NCBI GenBank assembly: GCA_041490525.1
Contig: JBGPTH010000004.1
Location: 17,635-81,634, forward strand
Source of the DNA: Nitrospiria bacterium
GTDB taxonomy: Bacteria > Nitrospirota > Nitrospiria > Nitrospirales > NS-4
Length of the DNA: 64,000 bases
Direction: 5' to 3'
Under the pieces are notes generated by a model, which made no database searches, was not told the DNA's origin, and saw only the letters and a program-made list of their open reading frames with translations. A program made the translations under genes and the position numbers. Of the stretch, positions 16,016-26,794 are shown piece by piece. Position 1 is the stretch's first letter. The number at the start of each line of letters is the position of its first letter.

Positions 16016-17044
16016 TTAGTCACGCTCGTTCATGTAGGCCGCCGTCTCCTCCGGCACCGCGGTATTGATGAAGATGCCGGACCCGATCTCGAACCCCGCG
16101 ACGGTGGTCAGGCGAGGGATGATGCACAGATGCCAGAGGAAATAGGGCTTGTTCTCGTCCTCGATGGGGGCCGAGTGGACGACAAAGTTGTAGTCCGGGT
16201 CGTTGAGATGCCGAGAGATCTTTGAAAGGACAGCCGCGAGGACCCGGGCGAACCGCTTGGCCTCGTCCGTCGAAATCTGCCCGAAGGAGGGGACGTGGTG
16301 GGTCGGGGCGATCCAGGTCTCGAACGGCGAGCGCGAGGCGAAGGGATGGAAGGCGACGAACCCCTCCCCTTCAAAGACCACCCGCTCCTTCGCCTTCCGC
16401 TCCTCCTTCACCACGTCGCAATAGATGCACCCGCCGGTGTCGTCGTAGTACTGGGTGGCCACCGTGTATTGGGCGCGAAGGTGCTCCGGAACGATCGGCG
16501 TGCCGACGATCTGGGCGTGCGGATGCACGAGGGACGTCCCGGCCGCCTCCCCATAGTTCTTGAACAGGATGACGGCCTTCACGGAGGGGGCCTCACCGAG
16601 CGCCAGGTACCGGTCCCGGTACATGAGGACGGCTTCCTGCGCCTGGTGATCCGACAGGAGGGCGAACGGCAGGTTGTGCGCCGGGGTTTCGATGATGACC
16701 TCGTGCCGGCCGACGCCGGCCATCCGCCGGAAATAATGGTCGCCGCTGCGGTCACCGGAGGCCTCGGGAGCGAGCGCCGGGAACCGATTGGGGACCACCC
16801 GCACCCACCACCCGGGCGCGTTCGGGCTGCCGACCCGAAAGGCGGCCACTTCGGGCGGGGTCGATGCCTCGTTGCCGGGACAGAAGGGGCAAGACGGGTC
16901 GGAGGCCGGGCGCTCAGGAGGCTCTCTCCGGGACCGGAACTCGTCCGGTCGCCGGGCGCGATCCCGGGCAATGATCACCCACTCCTTCGTGAAGGGATTC
17001 TGGCGCAGTTCAGACATGGGCGGGCGGATTGTCTCACAGGGCAT
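16016..17044 (-). CDS. galT: Galactose-1-phosphate uridylyltransferase-family (GalT/HIT-like) nucleotidyltransferase
   Basis: CPFCPGNE zinc motif and HPHAQIV active-site HxHxQ motif. Start uncertain (17044 or 17017). Confidence 0.75.
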   Translation of the reverse strand: MPCETIRPPMSELRQNPFTKEWVIIARDRARRPDEFRSRREPPERPASDPSCPFCPGNEASTPPEVAAFRVGSPNAPGWWVRVVPNRFPALAPEASGDRSGDHYFRRMAGVGRHEVIIETPAHNLPFALLSDHQAQEAVLMYRDRYLALGEAPSVKAVILFKNYGEAAGTSLVHPHAQIVGTPIVPEHLRAQYTVATQYYDDTGGCIYCDVVKEERKAKERVVFEGEGFVAFHPFASRSPFETWIAPTHHVPSFGQISTDEAKRFARVLAAVLSKISRHLNDPDYNFVVHSAPIEDENKPYFLWHLCIIPRLTTVAGFEIGSGIFINTAVPEETAAYMNERD

Positions 17045-17129
17045 TCGGGAATGCCAGGCTCGCGCGAGGCGTCCCTTTCCATCGCAGGCTCAACAAGGGT
17101 AGAATACCGGAATTCTCGGAGCCTGGATC

Positions 17130-17783
17130 ATGCACGAACACTACCAGATCAATGTGTTGGCCAAGGAGGAATCGTGGCGTCTGTTTCGGATCATCGGCGA
17201 GTTCGTGGAGGGCTTCGACGCGCTGCCCAAAGTCCTTCCCGCCGTGACGATTTACGGAAGCTCCCGGGCCGACCCCGGCACGTGGGCCTATGCGACCGCC
17301 GAAAAGACCGCGCGCGCCCTGGCCCAGAAGGGCTTCTCGATCATCACGGGGGGCGGGCCCAGCGTAATGGAGGCGGCCAACAAGGGGGCCTTCGAGGGCG
17401 GGGGGAAGTCGGTTGGCCTGAACATCGACATTCCGGTGGAGCAGGTCTCGAACCGCTATACCACGCTCTCCCTGAAGTTCCACTACTTCTTCGTCCGGAA
17501 GGTCATGCTGGTCAAGTACGCGACCGCCTTCATCCTGTTCCCGGGGGGATTCGGGACGCTGGACGAGCTCTTCGAGATCGCCACCTTGATCCAGACCGAA
17601 AAGCTCCAACCCTTTCCGGTAATTCTAATGGGACGGTCGTACTGGAGTGGGCTCCTGGAATGGCTCCGGACCCAGGTGGTCGGCCACGAGTTTCTGGACC
17701 CGTCCAGTCTCGACCTGTTCACGATCACGGACGATGTCCAGGAGGTGGTGACCATCATCGAGAATTGTTGTCGCCCCACCTGA
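17130..17783 (+). CDS. LOG-family / TIGR00730 Rossmann-fold nucleotide-binding protein
   Basis: GGGPSVMEAANKGAFEGGG and PGGFGTLDELFE motifs. Confidence 0.8.
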   Translation: MHEHYQINVLAKEESWRLFRIIGEFVEGFDALPKVLPAVTIYGSSRADPGTWAYATAEKTARALAQKGFSIITGGGPSVMEAANKGAFEGGGKSVGLNIDIPVEQVSNRYTTLSLKFHYFFVRKVMLVKYATAFILFPGGFGTLDELFEIATLIQTEKLQPFPVILMGRSYWSGLLEWLRTQVVGHEFLDPSSLDLFTITDDVQEVVTIIENCCRPT

Positions 17784-17833
17784 ACGCTCTTCGAGGGTTG
17801 CGACGGAGAGAAGAGACGAGGGGTTCCAGTTAA

Positions 17834-19642
<1,809 letters not shown>

Positions 19643-19666
19643 CGAGAGCCGTCCGCAAGACCGCCC

Positions 19667-20209
19667 TCAGGAGATCACCGGCAGGGGGTTGACGGTCGTC
19701 GCCTGGGGCCCTTTTTCTCCCGGTTCGAGATTGAAGACCACTTCCACGCCGTCCTCCAGGGCCTCAAACGTCAGGCCGTGCAGCGCGTTCTTATGAAAGT
19801 ACACCTCCCCGCCCCCTTCCCTCAGGATGAACCCGTACCCCTCCTGAGGGAACAGCTTGCAGATCACCCCGCGCAGCGGCGGAACCGGCGGGGTCCGCAC
19901 CTCGGTCGTAGCGCGCTTCCCGCGGAACTTTTGCAACTCGATGTCCACCGACAGGAAGGCGGCGCGGATGGCCTCCTCGAAGGTCTTTTCCTCTTTCCTG
20001 GCCGTGATCGTGTGCCGGCCGGGCAGCGTCACCACCACCAGCGCTTCCGCCACCCGCCGGTCCTTCTTATGGTGCAGATTCTTCGTCAGGGTCACCCGCC
20101 CGTGGAGCAGGTCGTCATGGCCCGCCTGCAGGTCGGCCATCCTTTCCTCGACCTCCGTCTTCCATCTCGGCGTCATCGCCACATTCCGGCTCTCAATATG
20201 CAGTTCCAT
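19667..20209 (-). CDS. HPF/RaiA ribosome-hibernation domain fused to a cold-shock domain
   Basis: The N-terminal ~100 aa are RaiA-like (MELHIESRNVAMTPRWKTEVEERM...). The C-terminus is CSD-like (GYGFILREGGGEVYFHKNAL...GEKGPQATTV). Confidence 0.7.
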   Translation of the reverse strand: MELHIESRNVAMTPRWKTEVEERMADLQAGHDDLLHGRVTLTKNLHHKKDRRVAEALVVVTLPGRHTITARKEEKTFEEAIRAAFLSVDIELQKFRGKRATTEVRTPPVPPLRGVICKLFPQEGYGFILREGGGEVYFHKNALHGLTFEALEDGVEVVFNLEPGEKGPQATTVNPLPVIS

Positions 20210-20279
20210 CGCTCCTCCTCGGCCTCCCGTTGTTGAACTGGATGATCAGGATAAGTCCCCCAAGAGTCAACCCCCCGTC

Positions 20280-21377
20280 TCAGACCGCGATCGCCCAGCG
20301 GCCCTCGATGAAGCCCGCACAGTTCGGACAGCGTCCGGCGCTGAGCCGATTCTGCACCAATCCCACTCCGCGCCGCCGGATGACCCTGTCGCCGCAGAAC
20401 GGACAGACCGTGTCCTCACCGCCCTCCTCTTCCGGCGCATTGCCCACGTAAACGTACCTGAGTCCGGCTTCGCGCCCGATCTCGCGAGCGCGCCTCAGCG
20501 TGGCGAGCGGGGTCTCCTCGACGTCGGCCATCTTGTACGCCGGATAGAACCGGCTGAGGTGCCACGGCACGGATTCGCCGAGGTCCGTCCGGATGAAGGC
20601 CGCCATCTCCCGCAATTCCATTTCATCATCGTTCAGCCCGGGGATGATCAGCGTCGTCAATTCGATCCATACGCCCAGTTGCTTGTACAGCCGGATCGCC
20701 TCGAGGATCGGTTGCAGCCGGGCCCCGCAGACCCGCTTGTAAAAGCCGTCGCGAAAGGATTTGAGGTCGATGTTCGCCGCGTTCAGATAGGGAGCGATCT
20801 CGCGCAAGGGCGCCGGCGCGATGAATCCGTTGGTCACGAAGATATTGCCGAGGCCAGCCTCCGACGCCGCCCGGGCCGTGGCAAGGGCGAGCTCGAAAAA
20901 GATCGTCGGCTCGGTGTAGGTATAGGCGATGGAGGCCGCTCCCGAACGGGCCGCCTCCGCGACCAGCTCCGAGGGCATTACGCGCGTCCCCAACGCCGTC
21001 TCGTCTGGCTGGGCGGCCAGATCTGGACACACGACCTCGCCGGGATGATCGGAGGGCGGCTCCGGATGCCGCAGCTTGGGCCATTGGGAGATGAGCCAGT
21101 TCTGACAGAACAGGCAGCGCAAGTTACACCCCACCGTCGCGATCGAGTAGGCCCGGCTCCCCGGCAGGAAGTGGAACAGCGGCTTCTTCTCGACCGGGTC
21201 CACGTCGCAGGCGACCACCCGGTCGGCCACCAGCGTGTACAGCCGCCCGTCGTGGTTGACCCGCACCCCGCACGCCCCTCGATGGCCCGGCGCGATCTTA
21301 CAGTCGTGCGGGCACAGCGTGCAGAGCACGCGCCCATTCGGAAGACTCTCGTAATATAGCGCCGCCTGGAGATTCAT
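20280..21377 (-). CDS. AmmeMemoRadiSam-type radical SAM enzyme (AmrS-like)
   Basis: CNLRCLFCQNW radical-SAM cluster motif, N-terminal CTLCPHDC...GACGVR motif and DPVEKKPLFHFLPG. ATG 21377 follows GGGGAGGAGG. Confidence 0.8.
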   Translation of the reverse strand: MNLQAALYYESLPNGRVLCTLCPHDCKIAPGHRGACGVRVNHDGRLYTLVADRVVACDVDPVEKKPLFHFLPGSRAYSIATVGCNLRCLFCQNWLISQWPKLRHPEPPSDHPGEVVCPDLAAQPDETALGTRVMPSELVAEAARSGAASIAYTYTEPTIFFELALATARAASEAGLGNIFVTNGFIAPAPLREIAPYLNAANIDLKSFRDGFYKRVCGARLQPILEAIRLYKQLGVWIELTTLIIPGLNDDEMELREMAAFIRTDLGESVPWHLSRFYPAYKMADVEETPLATLRRAREIGREAGLRYVYVGNAPEEEGGEDTVCPFCGDRVIRRRGVGLVQNRLSAGRCPNCAGFIEGRWAIAV

Positions 21378-21447
21378 GTGCCTCCTCCCCAACCTGCCGC
21401 ACGGATCGATATGAGGATCGCCCCGGCCGTTCGAAGTTCCCTCAAGG

Positions 21448-21999
21448 TCACTTCCGACAGCGATAAGGGGTGAGCGCGCCGGACTGCGCTTCCCGCTCCA
21501 GATCCTCGATGGTCCGGTCCGTGAGCACCGAGGTTTCGCACGTCTCGGTGATCTCGGTGCCCGGACGCGCCTCCTCGTCCTGGTTCTTCACCAGCAGCCA
21601 CTGCCGGGGGCGGCCCTTCATCCGGATCAGGGAGAACCGGCCCTTGAGCCGCCGCCCGTGTAGGATGACATCCAGCTTGCCGGCATCCGCCATCGCCTCC
21701 GCGGCGGCGCCGGCCTTCTCCCCCGCCGCGGGCTCAAACCAGCCGGTGTCCCAAACCAGCACGGGCCCGGCTCCGTATTGGCTCTCTTCGATCACACCCT
21801 CGAAGTCGGCATACTCAAGGTCATGGTCCTCCACTGCCACCGCCAACCGTTTCACCGCCGGATCCAGGGACGGGCCCTTGGGAATCGTCCAGGACTTGAG
21901 GACGCCGCCGATCTCCAGCCGGAAATCATAATGCAGATGGGAGGCCTTGTGTTTCTGCACGTTGAAGATCGGCCGCCTGGCTCTGGGGGATCCGCCCAT
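21448..21999 (-). CDS. LigD-type 3-prime phosphoesterase (PE) domain protein, stand-alone
   Basis: QKHKASHLHYDFRLEIGGVLKSWTIPKGPSLDP is the hallmark of the LigD PE domain. No ligase or polymerase domain is attached. Confidence 0.8.
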   Translation of the reverse strand: MGGSPRARRPIFNVQKHKASHLHYDFRLEIGGVLKSWTIPKGPSLDPAVKRLAVAVEDHDLEYADFEGVIEESQYGAGPVLVWDTGWFEPAAGEKAGAAAEAMADAGKLDVILHGRRLKGRFSLIRMKGRPRQWLLVKNQDEEARPGTEITETCETSVLTDRTIEDLEREAQSGALTPYRCRK

Positions 22000-22032
22000 A
22001 CGCCCGCCTCGCTCCCTGATCCTCCGGAGGAC

Positions 22033-23241
22033 TCAACAGACTCCGTACTCGCCCCGCGCCAGCGCCTCGCAGAACGGCCCGATCTCGGCCAGCGCGTCCC
22101 GAACATGGCGGCGCACCGCCGGCTCCACCGTCTTCAGGCTGATGCCCCGACGCAAGGCTACCTCCACCGCCGCAAGCCGCGGCGAGGAGACCGGCCGGCC
22201 GATCTCGCTCGTGAGCCAGACCGTGACCTCCCGGAGCCCCCCGACCGTACGCAGGATCCGTTCCGCCAGGACCTGGGCCAGCACGGTGTAGATCTTCCCG
22301 ACGTGCGCGACCGGATTCTTGCCCGCGGCCGCCTCGGCGCTCGCCGGCCGCCCCAGCGAGATGACCCCGCACACCCGATTGCCCCGCCCCACCTCGCCGG
22401 AGTCCCCGGCCTCCGCCGACGTGCCGAGGAGCGAGAGATACATCCCCGCCACGCCGGCGCCCGGTCGGTCCAGCGTGTTCATGTGCACCCGCACGGTCAA
22501 GCCCGCCACGGCCTCTCCTTGCACAAAGCGCCGGATCGCCTCCTGCACCGCGGCCTTCCGTTCGAAGTAGGCTCTCTCCGACCGGATGGCCGAGGCCAGC
22601 AAGGGCATCGCGACGGTCACGGTCAGCGTGGGGCCGCTGCGGACCCCGAGCACCTTGACGTCCTCACCGGTCTCCGGAAACGCGGCCTTGAACGCTGCGC
22701 CGTTCAGAAACCGCTCCACGCCCAGCACGAGCCGCTCAGTCCGCGTCAGCGGCGCATAGCCGACCGCGGCGGAGGTATCGTTGGCCACCGGGACCTTCCG
22801 CCCGACCACGGACTGCAGCTCCGCCGACGCCGGCCTCAGCTCCACCTGACAGCGCAGGTGCTTCGCCGGGTCCACGTGCCGAAGGTGCGTCCGGAACCAG
22901 TCGTGCACCGCGCGCACGGCGACGTCCTTGACCGGCACGCGTTTCCGGCGCCATTCAAACGTCGCCCGGTCGCCGAGGACCAACCGCATCGGTTCAAGCA
23001 CGCGTCCCCCGCCCATCCGGCAATCCACCGCGCCCGCCACCAGCAGGCCTTTGTCCGCGTTAAAGTGGAGGACGCGGCCACAAATTTCCTGATAGGCCCG
23101 CGCCAGCCTGACCGCGACCTGCTCCATGACGGCGTCGCAGATCGTATCGGGGTGACCCAGACCCTTCCGTTCCACCACCTCGAGCGGCTGGGTCGCGATG
23201 GGACCGCGGGATGACTCCAGCACCTGGATCGAGGTGGTCAT
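22033..23241 (-). CDS. Archaeal-type S-adenosylmethionine synthetase (methionine adenosyltransferase)
   Basis: VERKGLGHPDTICDAVMEQV near the N-terminus and 402 aa length fit the archaeal MAT family. The true ATG 23241 forms an ATGA overlap with the upstream stop. The 86-aa N-terminal extension in the track is spurious. Confidence 0.7.
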   Translation of the reverse strand: MTTSIQVLESSRGPIATQPLEVVERKGLGHPDTICDAVMEQVAVRLARAYQEICGRVLHFNADKGLLVAGAVDCRMGGGRVLEPMRLVLGDRATFEWRRKRVPVKDVAVRAVHDWFRTHLRHVDPAKHLRCQVELRPASAELQSVVGRKVPVANDTSAAVGYAPLTRTERLVLGVERFLNGAAFKAAFPETGEDVKVLGVRSGPTLTVTVAMPLLASAIRSERAYFERKAAVQEAIRRFVQGEAVAGLTVRVHMNTLDRPGAGVAGMYLSLLGTSAEAGDSGEVGRGNRVCGVISLGRPASAEAAAGKNPVAHVGKIYTVLAQVLAERILRTVGGLREVTVWLTSEIGRPVSSPRLAAVEVALRRGISLKTVEPAVRRHVRDALAEIGPFCEALARGEYGVC

Positions 23242-24125
23242 CCGAACCCACCATGACCTTCTTGGTCTGGCTCCCGGTAGTACGCCGCGCACTCGGCTTC
23301 CCGGCCGCGGACAATGCGCTTGCCTTTCAGCGGGTCCTGCTGCGCGGTGATGACGGTGCACTGGTGCTCCCCGCGCCCGTCGTCGAAGTACAGGATTACC
23401 CAGTCGCGGGTCTTCCCCAATTGATGTGCCCGCGCCGTGTTCGAGAACAGCACCGTATAATGCCGCGACCCTCGCTGAGTGTGCAGGACCGGAAGCCACG
23501 CCTCGCCGGTCGGGTTAAACCGCCTCGGCGAGATCGTGCGAAGCGTTCCGGCCGCGGCCCTCTCCCGATATTCACGGTCCACTTCGAGCAGTTCGCCGAC
23601 CGAGGTCTCCAGGCCCGGCGCACGGGGCGCCGTCTCGCCGAATCGTCCCCGCACGCGCCCGAGCCGGCCCGCCAATGAATCGATGATGCCCGCCAGCCTC
23701 TTCTCTCCGATCCCGGCGATCTCAGAGAGCCGCCCATCGTGGGCGGCCGTCTCCAACTCCTCCAGCGTGTCGATGCCGAGATCGTGGTGCAGCCGCTTGG
23801 CCATGGCCTCGCCGATTCCCGGCACCGAGGCCAACAGCGTGACCGGGTCGGCCTCCCCCCGCAATCGGTCCAGCATGGGAAGCCGCCCCGTATTCACCAG
23901 ATCCCGGATCGACCGCGCGAGGCTTTCGCCGATCCCGGGCAATTGCTGGAGCCCTTCCATCCCCTCCGCGTTCAGGATGTCCGTCACCGGACGCTCCAGG
24001 CGATGCAAGGTCTCGCCGGCGCGGCGGTACGCCTGGACCCGAAAGGGGTTGGCCCCCTGCTCCTGGAGCAGGCGCGCCACCTCTTTCAGGCGCTGGGCGA
24101 TTTCGTCATTGAGCATCTCGGCCAT
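23238..24125 (-). CDS. Helix-hairpin-helix protein resembling the N-terminal (8-kDa/fingers) part of family-X DNA polymerases, without a catalytic domain
   Basis: LNDEIAQRLKEVARLLQEQGANPFRVQAYRRAGETL and repeated GIGE HhH motifs. The C-terminal half (RRFNPTGEAWLPVLHT...RIVRGREAEC) has unknown function. Start is 24125 (ATG) or 24155 (GTG). Confidence 0.6.
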   Translation of the reverse strand: MAEMLNDEIAQRLKEVARLLQEQGANPFRVQAYRRAGETLHRLERPVTDILNAEGMEGLQQLPGIGESLARSIRDLVNTGRLPMLDRLRGEADPVTLLASVPGIGEAMAKRLHHDLGIDTLEELETAAHDGRLSEIAGIGEKRLAGIIDSLAGRLGRVRGRFGETAPRAPGLETSVGELLEVDREYRERAAAGTLRTISPRRFNPTGEAWLPVLHTQRGSRHYTVLFSNTARAHQLGKTRDWVILYFDDGRGEHQCTVITAQQDPLKGKRIVRGREAECAAYYREPDQEGHGGFG

Positions 24126-24144
24126 GGTGGACCGGAGAATTGCG

Positions 24145-24825
24145 TCAGCAAGCACCTTCTGGCGATTTCCTCGGAAGATACTGACAAAACCACCGGCGTG
24201 CGTGATCCGCGACCTGCTCCAGCGTCCCAGGCTCTTCGAACAAGTGCGTGGCGCCGGGCACGATCACCAACTGTTTGTGACACGCGAGCAGGGCGAGGGC
24301 TTCCTCGTTCATCCGGATCACGGGCACATCCAGGCCGCCGACAATTAAAAGCGTCGGGGCCTTGACCCGAGGGAGATAGGGCGCGGCCAGATCGGGCCGG
24401 CCGCCGCGGGAGACGACCGCGGCCACGGAGGCAGGCGCGCGCCCCGCCGCCTGCAAGGCCGCGCCGGCTCCCGTGCTCGCTCCGAAATAGCCCAGCGGAA
24501 GGCCCTTTGTCGCCGGCTCCTGCGCAAGCCAGCCGGCGGCCGCCATCAAGCGATCCGCCAGCAGATCAATGTCGAAGACCTTGCGCCGGTCCTCGGCTTC
24601 GTCCTCCTCCAGGAGATCAAGCAGCAGCGTCGCCAACCCGCCCTCTTGAAGCGTGCGCGCCACGAACGTGTTGCGCGGACTCAGCCGGCCGCTGCCGCTC
24701 CCATGGGCGAACAGCACAATCCCCGCCGGTTTCGCCGGCAGACCGAGGATGCCCTGGAGCACGACCGGGCCCGCCGACACCTCGACCGGCCGCTCACTGC
24801 TCGTCCCTGGTTTCTCAGGTTTCAT
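24145..24825 (-). CDS. Dienelactone-hydrolase-like alpha/beta hydrolase
   Basis: 226 aa with IVLFAHGSGSGRLSPRN and a C-terminal GATHLFEEPG pattern. Confidence 0.65.
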   Translation of the reverse strand: MKPEKPGTSSERPVEVSAGPVVLQGILGLPAKPAGIVLFAHGSGSGRLSPRNTFVARTLQEGGLATLLLDLLEEDEAEDRRKVFDIDLLADRLMAAAGWLAQEPATKGLPLGYFGASTGAGAALQAAGRAPASVAAVVSRGGRPDLAAPYLPRVKAPTLLIVGGLDVPVIRMNEEALALLACHKQLVIVPGATHLFEEPGTLEQVADHARRWFCQYLPRKSPEGAC

Positions 24826-24839
24826 TGGGATTACACTTC

Positions 24840-24855
24840 TGCATCACGCATGCCA
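24840..24855 (-). promoter_or_regulatory. Sigma-54 promoter TGGCATGCGTGATGCA
   Basis: Exact GG-N10-GC spacing. Only 14 nt separate it from ATG 24825, implying a near-leaderless transcript. Confidence 0.55.
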
Positions 24856-25003
24856 TCTAATGGTTGCGGCTCATCCGGACCGATCAGGAGAGGGAGCACA
24901 AGGGAAATTCCCCCGCTTCCGTCAGCGAAGACAAGAAATCCCACGGGCATCACAACGAGAAAATGCCCTAAAATGCCACAACGGAAAGAATGAAAGTGTG
25001 GAG

Positions 25004-25714
25004 ATGGGACACAGTCATGAGAGAATGACTTCCGACCACATGGTACTCTGGCTTGTCCTCTTCCTGTCGCTCCTTCCACTGGGGTGCGCGGCCCCCGTTC
25101 GCGATCTGTGGCCGCCCACGCCGGGTGCGCCGTCCCGGACCATTTACGTCTCGCTCGATACGTGGCATGCCATGATCGCCTTTCCTCAAGCGGCGCTGCA
25201 AGAACCTCCTGCGTCTCCCCTCGAATCCCTCCCCCACCCCCCGATGAGCCGAGCGCCCCGGTTCGAAGAGTGGGGCTATGCCGAGCGCGACTGGTACCTC
25301 GAGGGCCGCCGGGGCATCACCGGCGTGGTCAGGGCGCTCTTCTGGCCGACGCCGGGCACGATCGAGATCGGGCTGCATGACGAGGTCTGGGCGGCCCGTA
25401 CGCCGCAGCCCCCCTCCGACCTTTTCACCTTTCGGCTGAGCGACGACGGCTATCGGCGCTTGCGCCGGCACCTGCGTGCCACGATCGCGGACCCCGCTCC
25501 CATCTTGGTCGCGGGGACCACCGCGTTCTTTGCCTCGCAGCGCTCGTACCATCTGTTCCATAACTGTCACCAATACGTGGCGGGAGCGCTCCGGGAGGCC
25601 GGACTGCCGCTCTCCACCTTCTTGGCGTTCAACCGGGCGAGCCTAGCCCTGCAGCTTCGCCGCGCAACACACATGGCGGAAGAAAATGAGGCGGCCGGTT
25701 CCGGGGCCCGATGA
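25004..25714 (+). CDS. TIGR02117/DUF2459-like lipoprotein (hypothetical)
   Basis: Lipobox LSLLPLGCAA and IYVSLDTWHAMIAF. Candidate starts are 25004, 25025 and 25040. The track ORF starting at 24653 is over-extended. Confidence 0.5.
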   Translation: MGHSHERMTSDHMVLWLVLFLSLLPLGCAAPVRDLWPPTPGAPSRTIYVSLDTWHAMIAFPQAALQEPPASPLESLPHPPMSRAPRFEEWGYAERDWYLEGRRGITGVVRALFWPTPGTIEIGLHDEVWAARTPQPPSDLFTFRLSDDGYRRLRRHLRATIADPAPILVAGTTAFFASQRSYHLFHNCHQYVAGALREAGLPLSTFLAFNRASLALQLRRATHMAEENEAAGSGAR

Positions 25715-25715
25715 C

Positions 25716-26780
25716 TCACCGGTCGGCGGGCCGAAAGCCGCTGCCGGTCACCGACAGAACGTGATCTTCGATCCGCACCTCCGCCCCCAGGAATTCCTTG
25801 GCGAGCCAGGCGCTGGTCTCCACATGCTCGGTGACGGAGGGAATTCGGAAGGAGCTCGCGCCTTCCGCCAGCGCGGCAAAGGGAATGATCTGGTCGGCGG
25901 CGAACCGGTCCAGCGTCGCTCCCGTCCGCAAGTCTTCCAGAAGGTGGTGGGCCACAAAGCGCCCGATGGCTTCAGACCGCCGTCCCCGCGCGCCTGCGCG
26001 GTCTGCGCCCAGGCGCGCCTTCCCGCTCAAATCGACGAACGCCGCCAGCGCCGCTCCCGGTTGCGCGGCGGTGGTGTCATATCGGACTTCAAAGTCGGCC
26101 CGATACCCGGCTCCCGCCAGCACTTCGTTCGCCGCCTCGGCCATGCGATGACTCACCCTCGCCTCCTCGAGCTGGGAGGCCAGCGCGATCCCCCAGACCC
26201 GTTCCACGGTTCCAGGCTCTTCCAGAACCAGGCTTTGCAGCCCCCGAAGGACGGGTTTCACGCTCAAGGAAAGAATGCCGCCGCCCTGCGGGACATAGCC
26301 GGGGCGCTTCATCTCCACCTCGGCCTCAAGACCCATTCTGACCAGCAGCGGCAGCATCACGTGTTGCAGGTAAAACACCGACGGCGCAAAGTCCTGAAAG
26401 AGCCCTCCCCGGAGTTCGGCTTGAATCGGTGAGGGCGCAAAGGCCAGCACCGGAAGAAGCGCCAAGCCCAGCATCGTGGTGGAGCCGGCGGAGCCGATAT
26501 CCCAGTGGTAATGCCGGCCCGCCTGCACGGACCCGGGACGGAAGATCAGTTCCTGCGAACCCTTGGCGAGCCCTTCGACCGTCCCGTCCACCAGTTGGCG
26601 AATGGCTTCGACGACCAGGACATGTTGCGCACGGAGGCCCGGCTTGGGGCGCCGAACGCGGGCCTTCACGATGTGGACCGCCCGGCCCGTCAGTGCGGAG
26701 AACATCACCGCCTGGCGGACAATGGTGCCGCTGCCGGAATACCGCGATCCGTCAATCTCGAGCATCGCTATCGTTACCAC
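25716..26780 (-). CDS. rtcA: RNA 3-prime-terminal phosphate cyclase
   Basis: MLEIDGSRYSGSGTIVRQAVMFSALTGRAVHIVKARVRRPKPGLRAQHV is a typical RtcA N-terminus, and the length fits. Confidence 0.8.
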   Translation of the reverse strand: MVTIAMLEIDGSRYSGSGTIVRQAVMFSALTGRAVHIVKARVRRPKPGLRAQHVLVVEAIRQLVDGTVEGLAKGSQELIFRPGSVQAGRHYHWDIGSAGSTTMLGLALLPVLAFAPSPIQAELRGGLFQDFAPSVFYLQHVMLPLLVRMGLEAEVEMKRPGYVPQGGGILSLSVKPVLRGLQSLVLEEPGTVERVWGIALASQLEEARVSHRMAEAANEVLAGAGYRADFEVRYDTTAAQPGAALAAFVDLSGKARLGADRAGARGRRSEAIGRFVAHHLLEDLRTGATLDRFAADQIIPFAALAEGASSFRIPSVTEHVETSAWLAKEFLGAEVRIEDHVLSVTGSGFRPADR

Positions 26781-26794
26781 TGCTCTGATGGATA

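Noticed and set aside
17039-17058. Sigma-54-like sequence CCTGGCATTCCCGAATGCCC upstream of or overlapping the galT-like start
   Set aside because: GG to GC spacing is one nucleotide too long (GG-N11-GC). The sequence is better described as a GGCATT-N4-AATGCC palindrome. It is not counted among the promoters.
24960-24990. Tandem AAAATGCC repeats (TGGCATTTTAGGGCAT on the minus strand) as another sigma-54 promoter
   Set aside because: The GC is displaced by one position, and a properly spaced promoter already lies at 24840-24855.
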